Shown here: one piece after another, positions 29,660 through 38,974 of the stretch
Layout: the number at the start of each line of letters is the position of its first letter
Numbering within the stretch: position 1 is the stretch's first letter
DNA from: Acidimicrobiaceae bacterium
GTDB taxonomy: Bacteria; Actinomycetota; Acidimicrobiia; Acidimicrobiales; Aldehydirespiratoraceae
Assembly (NCBI GenBank): GCA_009835735.1
Contig: VXWX01000112.1
Location: 1,994-65,993, forward strand
DNA length: 64,000 nt
Direction: 5' to 3'
Notes under the pieces: model-generated
What the model saw: the letters and a program-made list of their open reading frames with translations, nothing else
The model's database searches: none
Told to the model about the DNA's origin: nothing
Position numbers and translations under genes: made by a program

Positions 29660-29890
29660 GTGGACATCAACACGGTCTCGCAGATTGTGACAGTCGTGCT
29701 GGCCGTCCTCGCCATCATCTGGCACCAGCAGCGCACCACCGACAAGCTGCGTGAACGTCTCGACCACATGGAACAACGGCTAGCCCGCATCGAGGGCTTC
29801 CTTGGTATCGGCATGCCTGCCGCCGCAGCCGCGAAGGCTCCCGGAGCGGACCTGGCCCGCCAGCCTCCAGAAGACTCCGAAGAGGACTGA
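29660..29890 (+). CDS. Small hypothetical membrane protein (one TM plus coiled-coil-like and acidic tail)
   Basis: 76-aa ORF with a hydrophobic N-terminus (IVTVVLAVLAIIW) and coding-like third-position bias. Confidence 0.45.
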   Translation: MDINTVSQIVTVVLAVLAIIWHQQRTTDKLRERLDHMEQRLARIEGFLGIGMPAAAAAKAPGADLARQPPEDSEED

Positions 29891-29909
29891 CTGCCGGCAG
29901 CTTCCGCTG

Positions 29910-30365
29910 CTACTCCCAGTCCCAGGCCCAAACCCGGTCGCAGGCCTCCACGCCTGGGTCGAGCGTGTGGTAGTCGGCGGCGTCGGTGGTGAACAGGGCC
30001 CCCTCGGTGGTCAAGCCGGTGGGGAGGTCTAGGGTGCCGGCGCAGATGGCGATGTGGTTGGTCTGGTCGGGACGACCCTCCGCGACCTTCCAGAACAGCG
30101 ATCCACCGCACTCCCGGCAGAAGCCGTAGGCCACGTTGGGATCGTCAGCCGGGTGGTGCCAGGCCAGAGTGGCGTCGGACACGAACCTTAGGTCGGAGCG
30201 CTTGCAAGCCGATCCAGCCATGAAGTGGCCGGTCCAGCGGCGGCAGCGCCAGCAGTGACAGTTCCAAACTGAGCGGATCGGCCCGTGCACCTCGTAGCTG
30301 ACCGCGCCGCACAGGCAATGGCCCGAGGGCGGCGACTCCGGCTGGGGCTGAGCGTTCTCATTCAT
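29910..30365 (-). CDS. GFA-family (glutathione-dependent formaldehyde-activating / CENP-V-like) protein
   Basis: Zn-binding Cys pattern CLCGAVSY...[11 protein letters not shown]...CRECGG. ATG at 30365. Confidence 0.8.
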   Translation of the reverse strand: MNENAQPQPESPPSGHCLCGAVSYEVHGPIRSVWNCHCWRCRRWTGHFMAGSACKRSDLRFVSDATLAWHHPADDPNVAYGFCRECGGSLFWKVAEGRPDQTNHIAICAGTLDLPTGLTTEGALFTTDAADYHTLDPGVEACDRVWAWDWE

Positions 30366-30463
30366 GGCAGTCCCTTCGTAGTTGGAGGCGGGCAGCGGTA
30401 GGGTCGCGATTGTTGCACGGCACGGGGCCAACCGGCGTCCCGGTGCGAGCTCATGAGGTGACT

Positions 30464-32158
30464 ATGGCAGACCGAGACCGCCGCTACGACTACGTGATCG
30501 TGGGCGGGGGCTCGGCTGGCTGCGCGCTGGCCAACCGGCTCAGCACTGATCCGGGCACCTCGGTGCTGGTGCTGGAGGCGGGCCGGCGGGACTGGCGCTT
30601 CGACGTTTACATACACATGCCCGCAGCCCTGTCGTTCCCCATCGGCAACCGCTTCTACGACTGGCAGTACACTTCCGAGCCCGAGCCCCACATGGGCGGC
30701 CGGCGCGTCTACCACGCCCGGGGCAAGGTGCTGGGCGGGTCCTCCAGCATCAACGGCATGATCTTCCAGCGGGGCAACCCCCTCGACTACGAGCGCTGGG
30801 CCGCCGACCCGGGCATGGGCAGCTGGGACTACGCCCACTGCCTGCCCTACTTCAAGCGCATGGAGCGCTGCCTGGCCGGCGACGACCACAGCGGTCCCGA
30901 CGGGACCCGGGGCAGGGGCGCCTACCGGGGCGACCGGGGCCCGCTGGTGCTGGAGCGGGGCCCGGCCACCAACCCCCTGTTCGAGGCGTTCCTGGAAGCC
31001 ACCGAGCAGGCCGGCCACCCCCGGACCGCCGACGTCAACGGCTACCGCCAGGAGGGTTTTGCCGCCTTCGACCGCAACGTCCACCGGGGCCGGCGCCTCA
31101 GCGCCTCCCGGGCCTACCTGCACCCGGTGCTCAGCCGGCCCAACCTCCATCTCGTCACCCGGGCCCTCACCACCAAGGTCCTCTTCGACGGCGACCGGGC
31201 CACCGGCGTCACCTACACCAAGGGCGGCCGCAGCCGAACCGTGAACACCGGCGAGGTGATCTGCTGCGGCGGGGCCATCAACTCGCCGCAGCTCCTGCAA
31301 CTCTCCGGCGTTGGTCCGGCCGATCTGCTGCAGAGCCACGGCATCGACGTGGTGGCCGACGTTCCCGCGGTGGGCGCCAACATGCAGGACCACTTGGAGG
31401 TGTACGTGCAGTACGCCTGCAAGCAGCCGGTGTCGATGCAGCCGCACCTGGCCAAGTGGCGCCGCCCCCTGATCGGACTGCAGTGGCTGGCTCGCCGTGG
31501 CCCGGCCGCGACCAACCACTTCGAGGCGGGCGGGTTCATCCGCAGCAACGACGACGTTGCCTATCCCAACCTCATGTTCCATTTCCTGCCCATCGCCATC
31601 CGCTACGACGGCTCGGTGCCCGAGGGCGGACACGGCTACCAGGTGCACGTGGGGCCGATGTACAGCAACTCCCGGGGGACCGTGGCCATCGTCTCGACCG
31701 ACCCCCGGATCAAGCCGGCGCTGCGCTTCAACTACCTGTCCACCGACGAGGACCGCCGCGAGTGGGCGGAGGCCGTGCGCCACGCCCGGCACATCCTCAA
31801 CCAGCCGGCCATGGACCCGTTCAACGGCGGGGAGGTGTCGCCCGGCCCGGATGTGAGCACCGACGAGGAGATCCTCGACTGGGTGCGCAGCGACGCCGAG
31901 ACCGCCCTGCACCCCTCTTGCACCGCCCGCATGGGCCTGGGCGACGACTCGGCGCTGCACCCGGACTCGCTCGAGGTTCACGGCACGAGGGGCCTGCGGG
32001 TGGTGGACGCCTCGTCGATGCCGTACGTGACCAACGGCAACATCTACGCCCCGGTGATGATGTTGGCCGAGAAGGCCGCCGACCTGATCCTGGGCAACAC
32101 CCCGCTGGCTGCCGAACCGGTGGACTTCTACCGGGCGGACTCAACGGGTGTGACCTAA
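30464..32158 (+). CDS. betA: Choline dehydrogenase-like GMC oxidoreductase
   Basis: [21 protein letters not shown]-terminus, [13 protein letters not shown] and a GMC C-terminal active-site region (HPSCTARMG). ATG at 30464. Confidence 0.8.
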   Translation: MADRDRRYDYVIVGGGSAGCALANRLSTDPGTSVLVLEAGRRDWRFDVYIHMPAALSFPIGNRFYDWQYTSEPEPHMGGRRVYHARGKVLGGSSSINGMIFQRGNPLDYERWAADPGMGSWDYAHCLPYFKRMERCLAGDDHSGPDGTRGRGAYRGDRGPLVLERGPATNPLFEAFLEATEQAGHPRTADVNGYRQEGFAAFDRNVHRGRRLSASRAYLHPVLSRPNLHLVTRALTTKVLFDGDRATGVTYTKGGRSRTVNTGEVICCGGAINSPQLLQLSGVGPADLLQSHGIDVVADVPAVGANMQDHLEVYVQYACKQPVSMQPHLAKWRRPLIGLQWLARRGPAATNHFEAGGFIRSNDDVAYPNLMFHFLPIAIRYDGSVPEGGHGYQVHVGPMYSNSRGTVAIVSTDPRIKPALRFNYLSTDEDRREWAEAVRHARHILNQPAMDPFNGGEVSPGPDVSTDEEILDWVRSDAETALHPSCTARMGLGDDSALHPDSLEVHGTRGLRVVDASSMPYVTNGNIYAPVMMLAEKAADLILGNTPLAAEPVDFYRADSTGVT

Positions 32159-32262
32159 ATCACACCCCCTCTGACCTCCAATTCGTTGCAATTCGGCGCA
32201 TACCGCGAAACACTCTGAAGACAGCCGACGATGTGGCGTACACAGGCAAAGGAGGAGCGAGG

Positions 32263-32412
32263 ATGAGCCCCATTCCGTTCAGCAACAGCAAGGTCAACGC
32301 CAACACTGTGTGGCGAGACGCCTTAGGGCCCGGCTATGCCGTAGGCGTGGTCGAGAGCCTGCTGCAGGTGACCGGCGAGGCCGCCGGCCGCCCCTACCGG
32401 GTCCGCCGCTAG
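32263..32412 (+). CDS. Candidate small protein (49 aa), unknown function
   Basis: ATG preceded by AAAGGAGGAG at optimal spacing. Mostly G/C third positions. It sits in a 420-nt intergenic gap. Confidence 0.35.
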   Translation: MSPIPFSNSKVNANTVWRDALGPGYAVGVVESLLQVTGEAAGRPYRVRR

Positions 32413-32580
32413 TGGACCACTGATCAGCACGACGATTCCCTCCCGAGGGGCGTAAGCCCCTCATCCCAACTCGAGGCCCCCGCCGAGATCGGTCACCCCC
32501 CAGCCGATACGGCGAGGGCCTCGACGCGTTCGGCCTAGGCCCGTTCGGTCTCGGCGTGTTCGGCCTCTAGGCTCGCCGGT

Positions 32581-33873
32581 GTGGTAGAGCCAGACTTCCT
32601 GCGTTTCGACACTCTCAGCCTTCACGCCGGCCAGCACAGTGATCCGACGACAGGCGCCAGGGCCGTCCCCATCTACTTCACCACCTCGTACTCCTTCGAG
32701 GACACCGACCACGCGGCCGGGTTGTTCAACCTCGAGATCCCGGGCCACATCTACTCCCGGATCTCCAACCCGACCGTGGCCGTGTTCGAGGAACGGGTGG
32801 CTGCACTGGAAGGCGGCGTGGGCGCGGTGGCCACCGCCAGCGGCCAGGCCGCCTTCTTCCTGGCCGTGGCCACCCTGATGGACACCGGCGGCCACATCGT
32901 GGCCAGCCGCAACATCTACGGCGGCACCCACAACATGCTCAACCTGACCCTGCCGCGCTTCGGCATCACCACGACGTTCGTGGACCCCCGCCGACCCGAC
33001 GAGTTCGCGGCGGCCATCGGCTCCGACACCCGGCTCGTCTTCGCGGAAACGCTCGGCAATCCGGGCATAGAGGTGCTCGACATCGGCGCAGTGGCCGAAG
33101 TGGCTCACGCCCGCGGGCTGCCACTCATGGTGGACGCCACGTTCTCGACCCCTTACCTCATCCGCCCCATCGAGCACGGCGCCGACATCGTGATGCACTC
33201 GGCCACCAAGTTCCTGGGCGGCCACGGCATCGCCCTCGGAGGCGTGCTCGTCGACGGCGGCCACTTCGACTGGGACGCCTCGGGCCTGTTTCCCACCATC
33301 ACCGAGCCCTACGCCGGCTACCACGGCATCAGCTTCAGCGACGAGTTCGGTCCCAGTGCCTTCATCAGCCGGGCCCGGGCGGAGGGGCTGCGGGACTTCG
33401 GAGCCTGCATGAGCCCGGCCAACGCCTTCCAGATCCTGTCGGGCGTCGAGACGCTGCCGCTGCGGATGCAGCGCCATGTGGCCAACACCGAGGCCGTGGC
33501 CGAGGCGCTGGCCGCCAACGACGCGGTCACCTGGGTCAAGTACCCGTCCCTGTCCAGCCATCCCGACCACGACCTGGCCCGCCGGCTCTACCCGAGAGGC
33601 ACCGGGGCCATCCTGAGCTTCGGCATCGCCGGAGGGCGCGACGCCGGGGCCAAGTTCATCGCCGCGGTCCGCCTGGCCTCCCATCTGGCCAATGTGGGCG
33701 ACGCCAAGACGCTGGTGATCCACCCGGCCAGCACCACCCACCAGCAGATGTCGGCCGAAGACCTGGCCGCGTCGGGTGTGGGGGAGGACCTCGTACGGAT
33801 CTCGGTCGGCCTGGAAGACCCCCGCGACATCATCGAGGACCTGGAGCGGGCCCTCAAGGCCTCACAACGCTGA
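32581..33873 (+). CDS. metY: O-acetylhomoserine aminocarboxypropyltransferase (sulfhydrylase), PLP-dependent
   Basis: [18 protein letters not shown] and [10 protein letters not shown] (PLP Lys) motifs. GTG start. Confidence 0.85.
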   Translation: MVEPDFLRFDTLSLHAGQHSDPTTGARAVPIYFTTSYSFEDTDHAAGLFNLEIPGHIYSRISNPTVAVFEERVAALEGGVGAVATASGQAAFFLAVATLMDTGGHIVASRNIYGGTHNMLNLTLPRFGITTTFVDPRRPDEFAAAIGSDTRLVFAETLGNPGIEVLDIGAVAEVAHARGLPLMVDATFSTPYLIRPIEHGADIVMHSATKFLGGHGIALGGVLVDGGHFDWDASGLFPTITEPYAGYHGISFSDEFGPSAFISRARAEGLRDFGACMSPANAFQILSGVETLPLRMQRHVANTEAVAEALAANDAVTWVKYPSLSSHPDHDLARRLYPRGTGAILSFGIAGGRDAGAKFIAAVRLASHLANVGDAKTLVIHPASTTHQQMSAEDLAASGVGEDLVRISVGLEDPRDIIEDLERALKASQR

Positions 33874-33886
33874 GAGCCGAGCCGAC

Positions 33887-34684
33887 GTGGAAGCGCTGAT
33901 CGACGGGCGGGTGGTGCGCTGCGCCACCGGGGGACGCAGTATCGACGGCGACGAGCCTGCGGTAGTGCTGGTGCACGGAGCGGGCGGCGACCGCACCGTG
34001 TGGCAGCTCCAGACCCGCTGGATCGCGCACCACGGCTACCGGGCCGCGGCGGTGGACCTGCCCGGACACGGCGGCAGCCGGGGCCCCGCTCTAGCCAGCA
34101 TCGAGGAGATGGGGGCGTGGCTGGCGAGCACCACCGAGGCCCTGGGCTTGGCGCCTGCCCACCTAGTAGGGCATTCGATGGGCACGTTCGTGGCGCTGGA
34201 GGCGGCCGCCCAGCGGCCTGAGGTGGCCCGATCGCTGGTACTGCTGGGCACCGCGGGGGCGATGCCGGTGCATCCCGCACTGCAATCGGCAGCCGATGCC
34301 GACGACCCCGTGGCCGGGCGGCTCATCACCTCCTGGGGCATAGGCAGTCGAGCGCACACAGGCGGGCACGCCTCACCGGGCATGTGGCTCATCGGGGGCA
34401 ACACCTCCCTGCTGGACCGGGCGCGCCCCGGAGTGCTGGCCAATGATCTGGCCGCCTGCGACGCCTACGACGGCGCCGAGCAAGCTGCGGCCCGGGTGCA
34501 GTGCCCCGTGACGCTGGTGCTGGGCCGTGAGGACAAGATGACCCCGAACAAGCGGGCGGCACCGATGATCGACGCCTTCGGGGACGTGCGCAGCGTCTAC
34601 CTCGATCGGGTCGGCCACTTCCTGCAGATCGAGAGCCCCATCCCGGTGCGCAAGGCCATCGCCGAGGCTCTGGCCCGAGCCTGA
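33887..34684 (+). CDS. Alpha/beta-hydrolase fold protein
   Basis: VLVHGAGGD oxyanion region and GHSMG nucleophile elbow. The GTG at 33887 lies 13 nt after the metY stop. Confidence 0.7.
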   Translation: MEALIDGRVVRCATGGRSIDGDEPAVVLVHGAGGDRTVWQLQTRWIAHHGYRAAAVDLPGHGGSRGPALASIEEMGAWLASTTEALGLAPAHLVGHSMGTFVALEAAAQRPEVARSLVLLGTAGAMPVHPALQSAADADDPVAGRLITSWGIGSRAHTGGHASPGMWLIGGNTSLLDRARPGVLANDLAACDAYDGAEQAAARVQCPVTLVLGREDKMTPNKRAAPMIDAFGDVRSVYLDRVGHFLQIESPIPVRKAIAEALARA

Positions 34685-34734
34685 CGCAACCCGCCCCGAG
34701 CCGGCCGCGGCGGTCAGGCTGGTCGGTCCCCCTT

Positions 34735-36096
34735 GTGACGAAAGTCACGAGCCAGCTGCGGCTTGCCGCAGGGCCGCGTCACTACGATCCGGTCGTGGCC
34801 TCAGGCGCTGTGGTGCGGCCCGAGCCTGGCGACGAAGGGCTGTCGGGTGGACCGCTGATCGCGCCGCGCGGCGACAGTTTCGGCGCGGTCAGGTCGTTGC
34901 TCGCGGGCGTGGCGCTGGTCATGAGCTGCAATGGGCTGCTGCGCGTCGCCCTGGGAGTGCGGGCCGAGCTGGAGGACTTCGGGCTGGCCGTGACCGGCGT
35001 TGTGATGGCCGGCTACTTCCTGGGCTTCCTGTTCGGGACCAAGGCAGCCGAGCACTTCATCGCCTCCGTCGGCCACATCCGGGTGTTCGCCGCCCTGTCC
35101 TCGGTTGGCTCGGCCGCCGCCATCCTGCATGTGGTCTGGATCCATCCGGCGTCCTGGACGCTGCTGAGGTTCGCCTACGGGCTGTGCTTGGCCGGGATCC
35201 TGGTGACGGTGGAATCGTGGCTCAACGACATGGCCACCAACGCCACCCGGGGCCGGATGCTGTCGCGCTACATGATCGTGACCATGGGCGGGATGGGTGT
35301 GGGCCAGTTGATGCTCAACCTCGCCGATCCCGGCGGGTTCAAGCTGTTCGTGGTGTCCTCAGCGCTGATCTCGTTCGCGCTGGTGCCGGTGGCGCTGTCG
35401 GCGTCCACCGCGCCGCCGCTGGTGGTGCCCGAGCCGGTCTCGCTGCGGGAACTGGTCAAGGTTGTGCCGCTGGGGCTGCTAACCGCGTTCTGGGTCGGGG
35501 TCTCGCAGGGCTGCCTGATGGGACTCGGTGCGTTCTACGCCGCCTCCGAGGGCCTGTCCAACACCCGGATCTCGCTGTTCGTGGTCTCGTCGATGGTGGG
35601 GTCGGTGGCGTTCCAGTGGCTCGTCGGCAGCTCCTCCGATCGAGTGCCGCGCCGCTACGTGATCCTGGTCGTGGCCATCATCGCTGCCGGATCCGCGGGG
35701 CTGCACCTGCTGGTGCCGGTGGGATCGGCTCTGTCGCTGCTGCTGATGTTCGTCCACGGCGGCTCGACGTTCCCGCTGTACTCGCTGGCCGTGGCCACCA
35801 CCGCCGACAGCGTCACTCCGGCGCAACTGACCGGAGCCAGCGCTTCGCTGGTGCGGGTCAGCGGGGTCGGCGCGGTGATCGGGCCGACGCTGGGCGGGTT
35901 CCTGATGGCGGCCATCGCGCCGTGGGCCTATTTCGGGGTCCTGATCGTGTGCCACGCCGTCATCGCCCTGTACGTCGTGTACCGCATGTTCACACAACCT
36001 GCCCCGCCTGTCGCCGAGCAGGGCACGTTCGATCCGTGGCCGCTGCGGGCCTCGGCCGTGGCTGCCAACCTCCTGCGCCGGCCCCGCTTCCGCTGA
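34735..36096 (+). CDS. MFS transporter
   Basis: About 12 predicted hydrophobic segments across 453 aa. Start uncertain. Confidence 0.7.
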   Translation: MTKVTSQLRLAAGPRHYDPVVASGAVVRPEPGDEGLSGGPLIAPRGDSFGAVRSLLAGVALVMSCNGLLRVALGVRAELEDFGLAVTGVVMAGYFLGFLFGTKAAEHFIASVGHIRVFAALSSVGSAAAILHVVWIHPASWTLLRFAYGLCLAGILVTVESWLNDMATNATRGRMLSRYMIVTMGGMGVGQLMLNLADPGGFKLFVVSSALISFALVPVALSASTAPPLVVPEPVSLRELVKVVPLGLLTAFWVGVSQGCLMGLGAFYAASEGLSNTRISLFVVSSMVGSVAFQWLVGSSSDRVPRRYVILVVAIIAAGSAGLHLLVPVGSALSLLLMFVHGGSTFPLYSLAVATTADSVTPAQLTGASASLVRVSGVGAVIGPTLGGFLMAAIAPWAYFGVLIVCHAVIALYVVYRMFTQPAPPVAEQGTFDPWPLRASAVAANLLRRPRFR

Positions 36097-36156
36097 GCGG
36101 CCTAACTCTTGGAGCCGCCCGGTTCGTAGCCGCGGTGACGGCTAGTCTGAAACTCC

Positions 36157-37947
36157 GTGAGAACGCGTCTGGCGAAGCCATGGCGTTGTGCCGGGTACTT
36201 GCGGGGTCTGCTGGTGGTGGCGGCGCTGATCGCGGCGGCCGCATGCGGCGGGTCGACCGACGGCGAGACGGCGGGCAGCGAAGGCGCAACCGATCCCGCC
36301 GCCACGACCACCGGCTCCGCCGACACGGCTCCGGAGACGGGTGATCCCGCCGCGGACCGTCCCGGCGGCGAGATCGTGTTGGCCGTGGAGCAGTGGCCCG
36401 AGTGCCTCAACCCGATTACCTCCTGCAACAACGCGACGTGGCTCAGTTGGTCGGTGCTAGTGCATATCGTGCCCCGCCTCATGGAGTTCGATGTCAACCA
36501 CAACATCGGTGCCTCGCCGGTTCTGATGGAGGCGCCGACGGTGGACAACGGCGGGGCAGTGCTCAACGACGACGGCACGCTCACGATCACATACCGGCTC
36601 AATCCTGAGGCGCGCTGGAGTGACGGCACGCCCATCACCAGCACCGACGTGTGGTTCACCTGGAGGGCCATCATCGACACCGAGGGCACTCTCAACACCA
36701 TCGGGTATGACCTCATCACCGACGTGGGCCACGACGATCCTCAGACGGCGATCGTCACGCTTTCGGAGCGCTACGCGCCCTGGCGTGAACTCTTCGGCGG
36801 GCTCGACGGCATCCTGCCGGCCCACGCCTTCAACGGCGAGACCGACATCTCCGGGCATTGGAACGACGCGATCCCGGTCTCGGGCGGCCCCTGGCTCCAG
36901 GAGTCGTGGAGCCAGCAACAGCACATCCTCGTCCCCAACGAGAACTACTGGGTCCCCGAGCGCATACCTCTGGTCGACCGGGTGGTGATGGTCCCCCGCG
37001 AGGACACCGACACCGAGGTCGTGGCCCTGCAGACCGGTGAGGCCATGGCCGCCTTCCCCCAGCCGTTCCCCGGCGCCAAGGAGCGCCTGGCCCCGCCGCT
37101 GACGTTCGTCTCGGGGGCGGGAACGTTCATCGAGGGCCTGTGGATCAACCAGATCGCGCCGGACCGGTACTTCGAGATCACCAGGAACGTGCGCCAGGCC
37201 CTGGCCTACGCCCTCGACCGGGAAGAGATCGCCGATGTGGCCCTCGGCCCCATCATCGACGATCCGGTGGTGCTCCAGTGCGCGGGCTGGAACCCGGCCT
37301 TCGGGGACTGGTGCGCCGACGACTTCGCCCACTACCGCCAGGACATGGCGACCGTCGACCGGCTGCTCACCGAAGACGGCTGGACCCGCCCCGACCCCGA
37401 GGGCCTGTGGGTCAACGAAGAGGGCGTCGAGCTGGTGCTCCAGTGGAACACCGTGGCCGGCAACAAGCGCCGCGAGGACGTCCAGGCCCTGGTGACCGAG
37501 ATGACCAGACCCTTCGGGATCGGCTGGGAGATCATCAACTACGACCCGGGCGAGCTGTTCCAGAACCGGCTCCCGGCCATGAACTTCGGTCCGGTGGCCC
37601 TGTACGCCAACAGCACCACCCCCGATCCGACCGTGACCTCCTACTACGACATCGACGGCATCCCCAGCGAGGCCAACGGTTTCAGCGGCCAGAACTTCAC
37701 CGCCTACGCCAGCCGGCAGGCCAGCGACTTGGCCTTCGCCATCGACGCCGAGGTCGACGAGGCCGCCCGCCTCGAGCTCGTGCGCGAGCTCGGCACACTG
37801 CTGGCTTCCGACGTTCCCTGGATCCCGCTGTACGTGCTTCCCAACCTGCTGGCCTGGAACCCCGAGGTCCTGGAGGGGCCCGGAGGCTGGGTGTCGAGCG
37901 TCTACGGGGGCTTCTACGACCTCTACGACTGGACCGTGATCGGGTGA
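36157..37947 (+). CDS. ABC transporter substrate-binding lipoprotein (family 5, peptide/nickel type)
   Basis: Signal peptide with lipobox (LIAAAACGGS). Size and sequence resemble DppA/OppA-type SBPs. Confidence 0.8.
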   Translation: MRTRLAKPWRCAGYLRGLLVVAALIAAAACGGSTDGETAGSEGATDPAATTTGSADTAPETGDPAADRPGGEIVLAVEQWPECLNPITSCNNATWLSWSVLVHIVPRLMEFDVNHNIGASPVLMEAPTVDNGGAVLNDDGTLTITYRLNPEARWSDGTPITSTDVWFTWRAIIDTEGTLNTIGYDLITDVGHDDPQTAIVTLSERYAPWRELFGGLDGILPAHAFNGETDISGHWNDAIPVSGGPWLQESWSQQQHILVPNENYWVPERIPLVDRVVMVPREDTDTEVVALQTGEAMAAFPQPFPGAKERLAPPLTFVSGAGTFIEGLWINQIAPDRYFEITRNVRQALAYALDREEIADVALGPIIDDPVVLQCAGWNPAFGDWCADDFAHYRQDMATVDRLLTEDGWTRPDPEGLWVNEEGVELVLQWNTVAGNKRREDVQALVTEMTRPFGIGWEIINYDPGELFQNRLPAMNFGPVALYANSTTPDPTVTSYYDIDGIPSEANGFSGQNFTAYASRQASDLAFAIDAEVDEAARLELVRELGTLLASDVPWIPLYVLPNLLAWNPEVLEGPGGWVSSVYGGFYDLYDWTVIG

Positions 37948-37993
37948 GCGACAGCGTGATCCGTCGGGCGGGGCCGGCGGGCACACTTCGGAG

Positions 37994-38974
37994 GTGATCC
38001 GCTACGCGGCGGGACGTCTCGCGGTCACGGTTCCCATACTCCTGACGATCTCGTTCGCAACGTTCTGGGCGGCGGGCGAGATCTCCAGTCCGGCCGCCCA
38101 ACTCACTCTCAACCCCCGCATAAGCCCCGAGGCCAGGAGGGCCTACATCGAGTCCCTCGGCCTCGACGAGCCCTTCTTCGGTCGCTATCTCACCTGGCTC
38201 GGAAACTTCGTCACCGGCGACCTGGGAACGTCGCTGGTTCGCAACGGTCAGGACGTCTGGCCGCTGGTTAGAAGCGCCATGGCCAACACGCTGCTGCTGA
38301 TCGCGGTGGCGATGGCTTTCTCGCTGGCGATCGGGTTGGCCGTGGGCACCCTGTCGGCGCTACGGCCGGGTTCCGTCATCGACCGGGCCTCGACCACCGT
38401 GTCGTTCCTGGGCATCTCGATTCCCGTGTTCTGGCTGGGCCTGATGTTGCAGTTGATGTTCGGCCTGTACCTGGCCGAGTGGCTCCGGCTCGGCGCGCCG
38501 CTGCTGCCCACGGCCGGTATCTATTCGCCCGGCCAGCAGGGCTTCGACCTGCTGGACAGGGCGAGGCATCTCGCGCTGCCGGTGATGGCGCTCTCGCTGC
38601 AGCTGATCGCGGCCTACAGCCGCTACATGAGGTCCTCCATGCTCGACGTGATGGGCATGGACTTCATCTCCACCGCCCGGGCCAAGGGCCTGCCCGAGCG
38701 CCGGGTGGTCGTGCGCCACGGCGTGCGTAACGCGCTGATCCCGGTGACGACGCTGGCCGCGGTGGATCTCGGTCTGCTGGTGGGCGGCTTGATCGTGACG
38801 GAGCGGGTCTTCCAGTACCCGGGCATGGGCCTCCTGTTCCTTGATGCGCTCCACGGCGGCGACTATCCCGTGCTGCTGGCCACGGTGATGATCGTGTCGG
38901 CCGCGGTGTTCTTGATGAACCTGCTGGCCGACCTGCTCTACGCGGTGCTCGACCCGAGGATCCGCTATGGCTGA
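37994..38974 (+). CDS. ABC transporter permease (DppB-like)
   Basis: MIRYAAGRL N-terminus and an EAA-loop-type region (FISTARAKGLPERRV). Confidence 0.85.
   Translation: MIRYAAGRLAVTVPILLTISFATFWAAGEISSPAAQLTLNPRISPEARRAYIESLGLDEPFFGRYLTWLGNFVTGDLGTSLVRNGQDVWPLVRSAMANTLLLIAVAMAFSLAIGLAVGTLSALRPGSVIDRASTTVSFLGISIPVFWLGLMLQLMFGLYLAEWLRLGAPLLPTAGIYSPGQQGFDLLDRARHLALPVMALSLQLIAAYSRYMRSSMLDVMGMDFISTARAKGLPERRVVVRHGVRNALIPVTTLAAVDLGLLVGGLIVTERVFQYPGMGLLFLDALHGGDYPVLLATVMIVSAAVFLMNLLADLLYAVLDPRIRYG

Noticed and set aside
30362-31981. 539-aa minus-strand ORF, and similar long antisense ORFs (10190..11281, 23267..24676, 36457..37986, 40237..41721, 52399..53790, 56909..58504, 61926..63164)
   Set aside because: All lie opposite genes with clear family signatures and have shadow-ORF composition. 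They are stop-poor frames of GC-rich DNA rather than genes.
32413-32580. SAM riboswitch in the metY leader
   Set aside because: No recognisable SAM-I/SAM-IV conserved core could be identified by eye. Only the hairpin and the 15-nt periodic repeats are reported, as observations.
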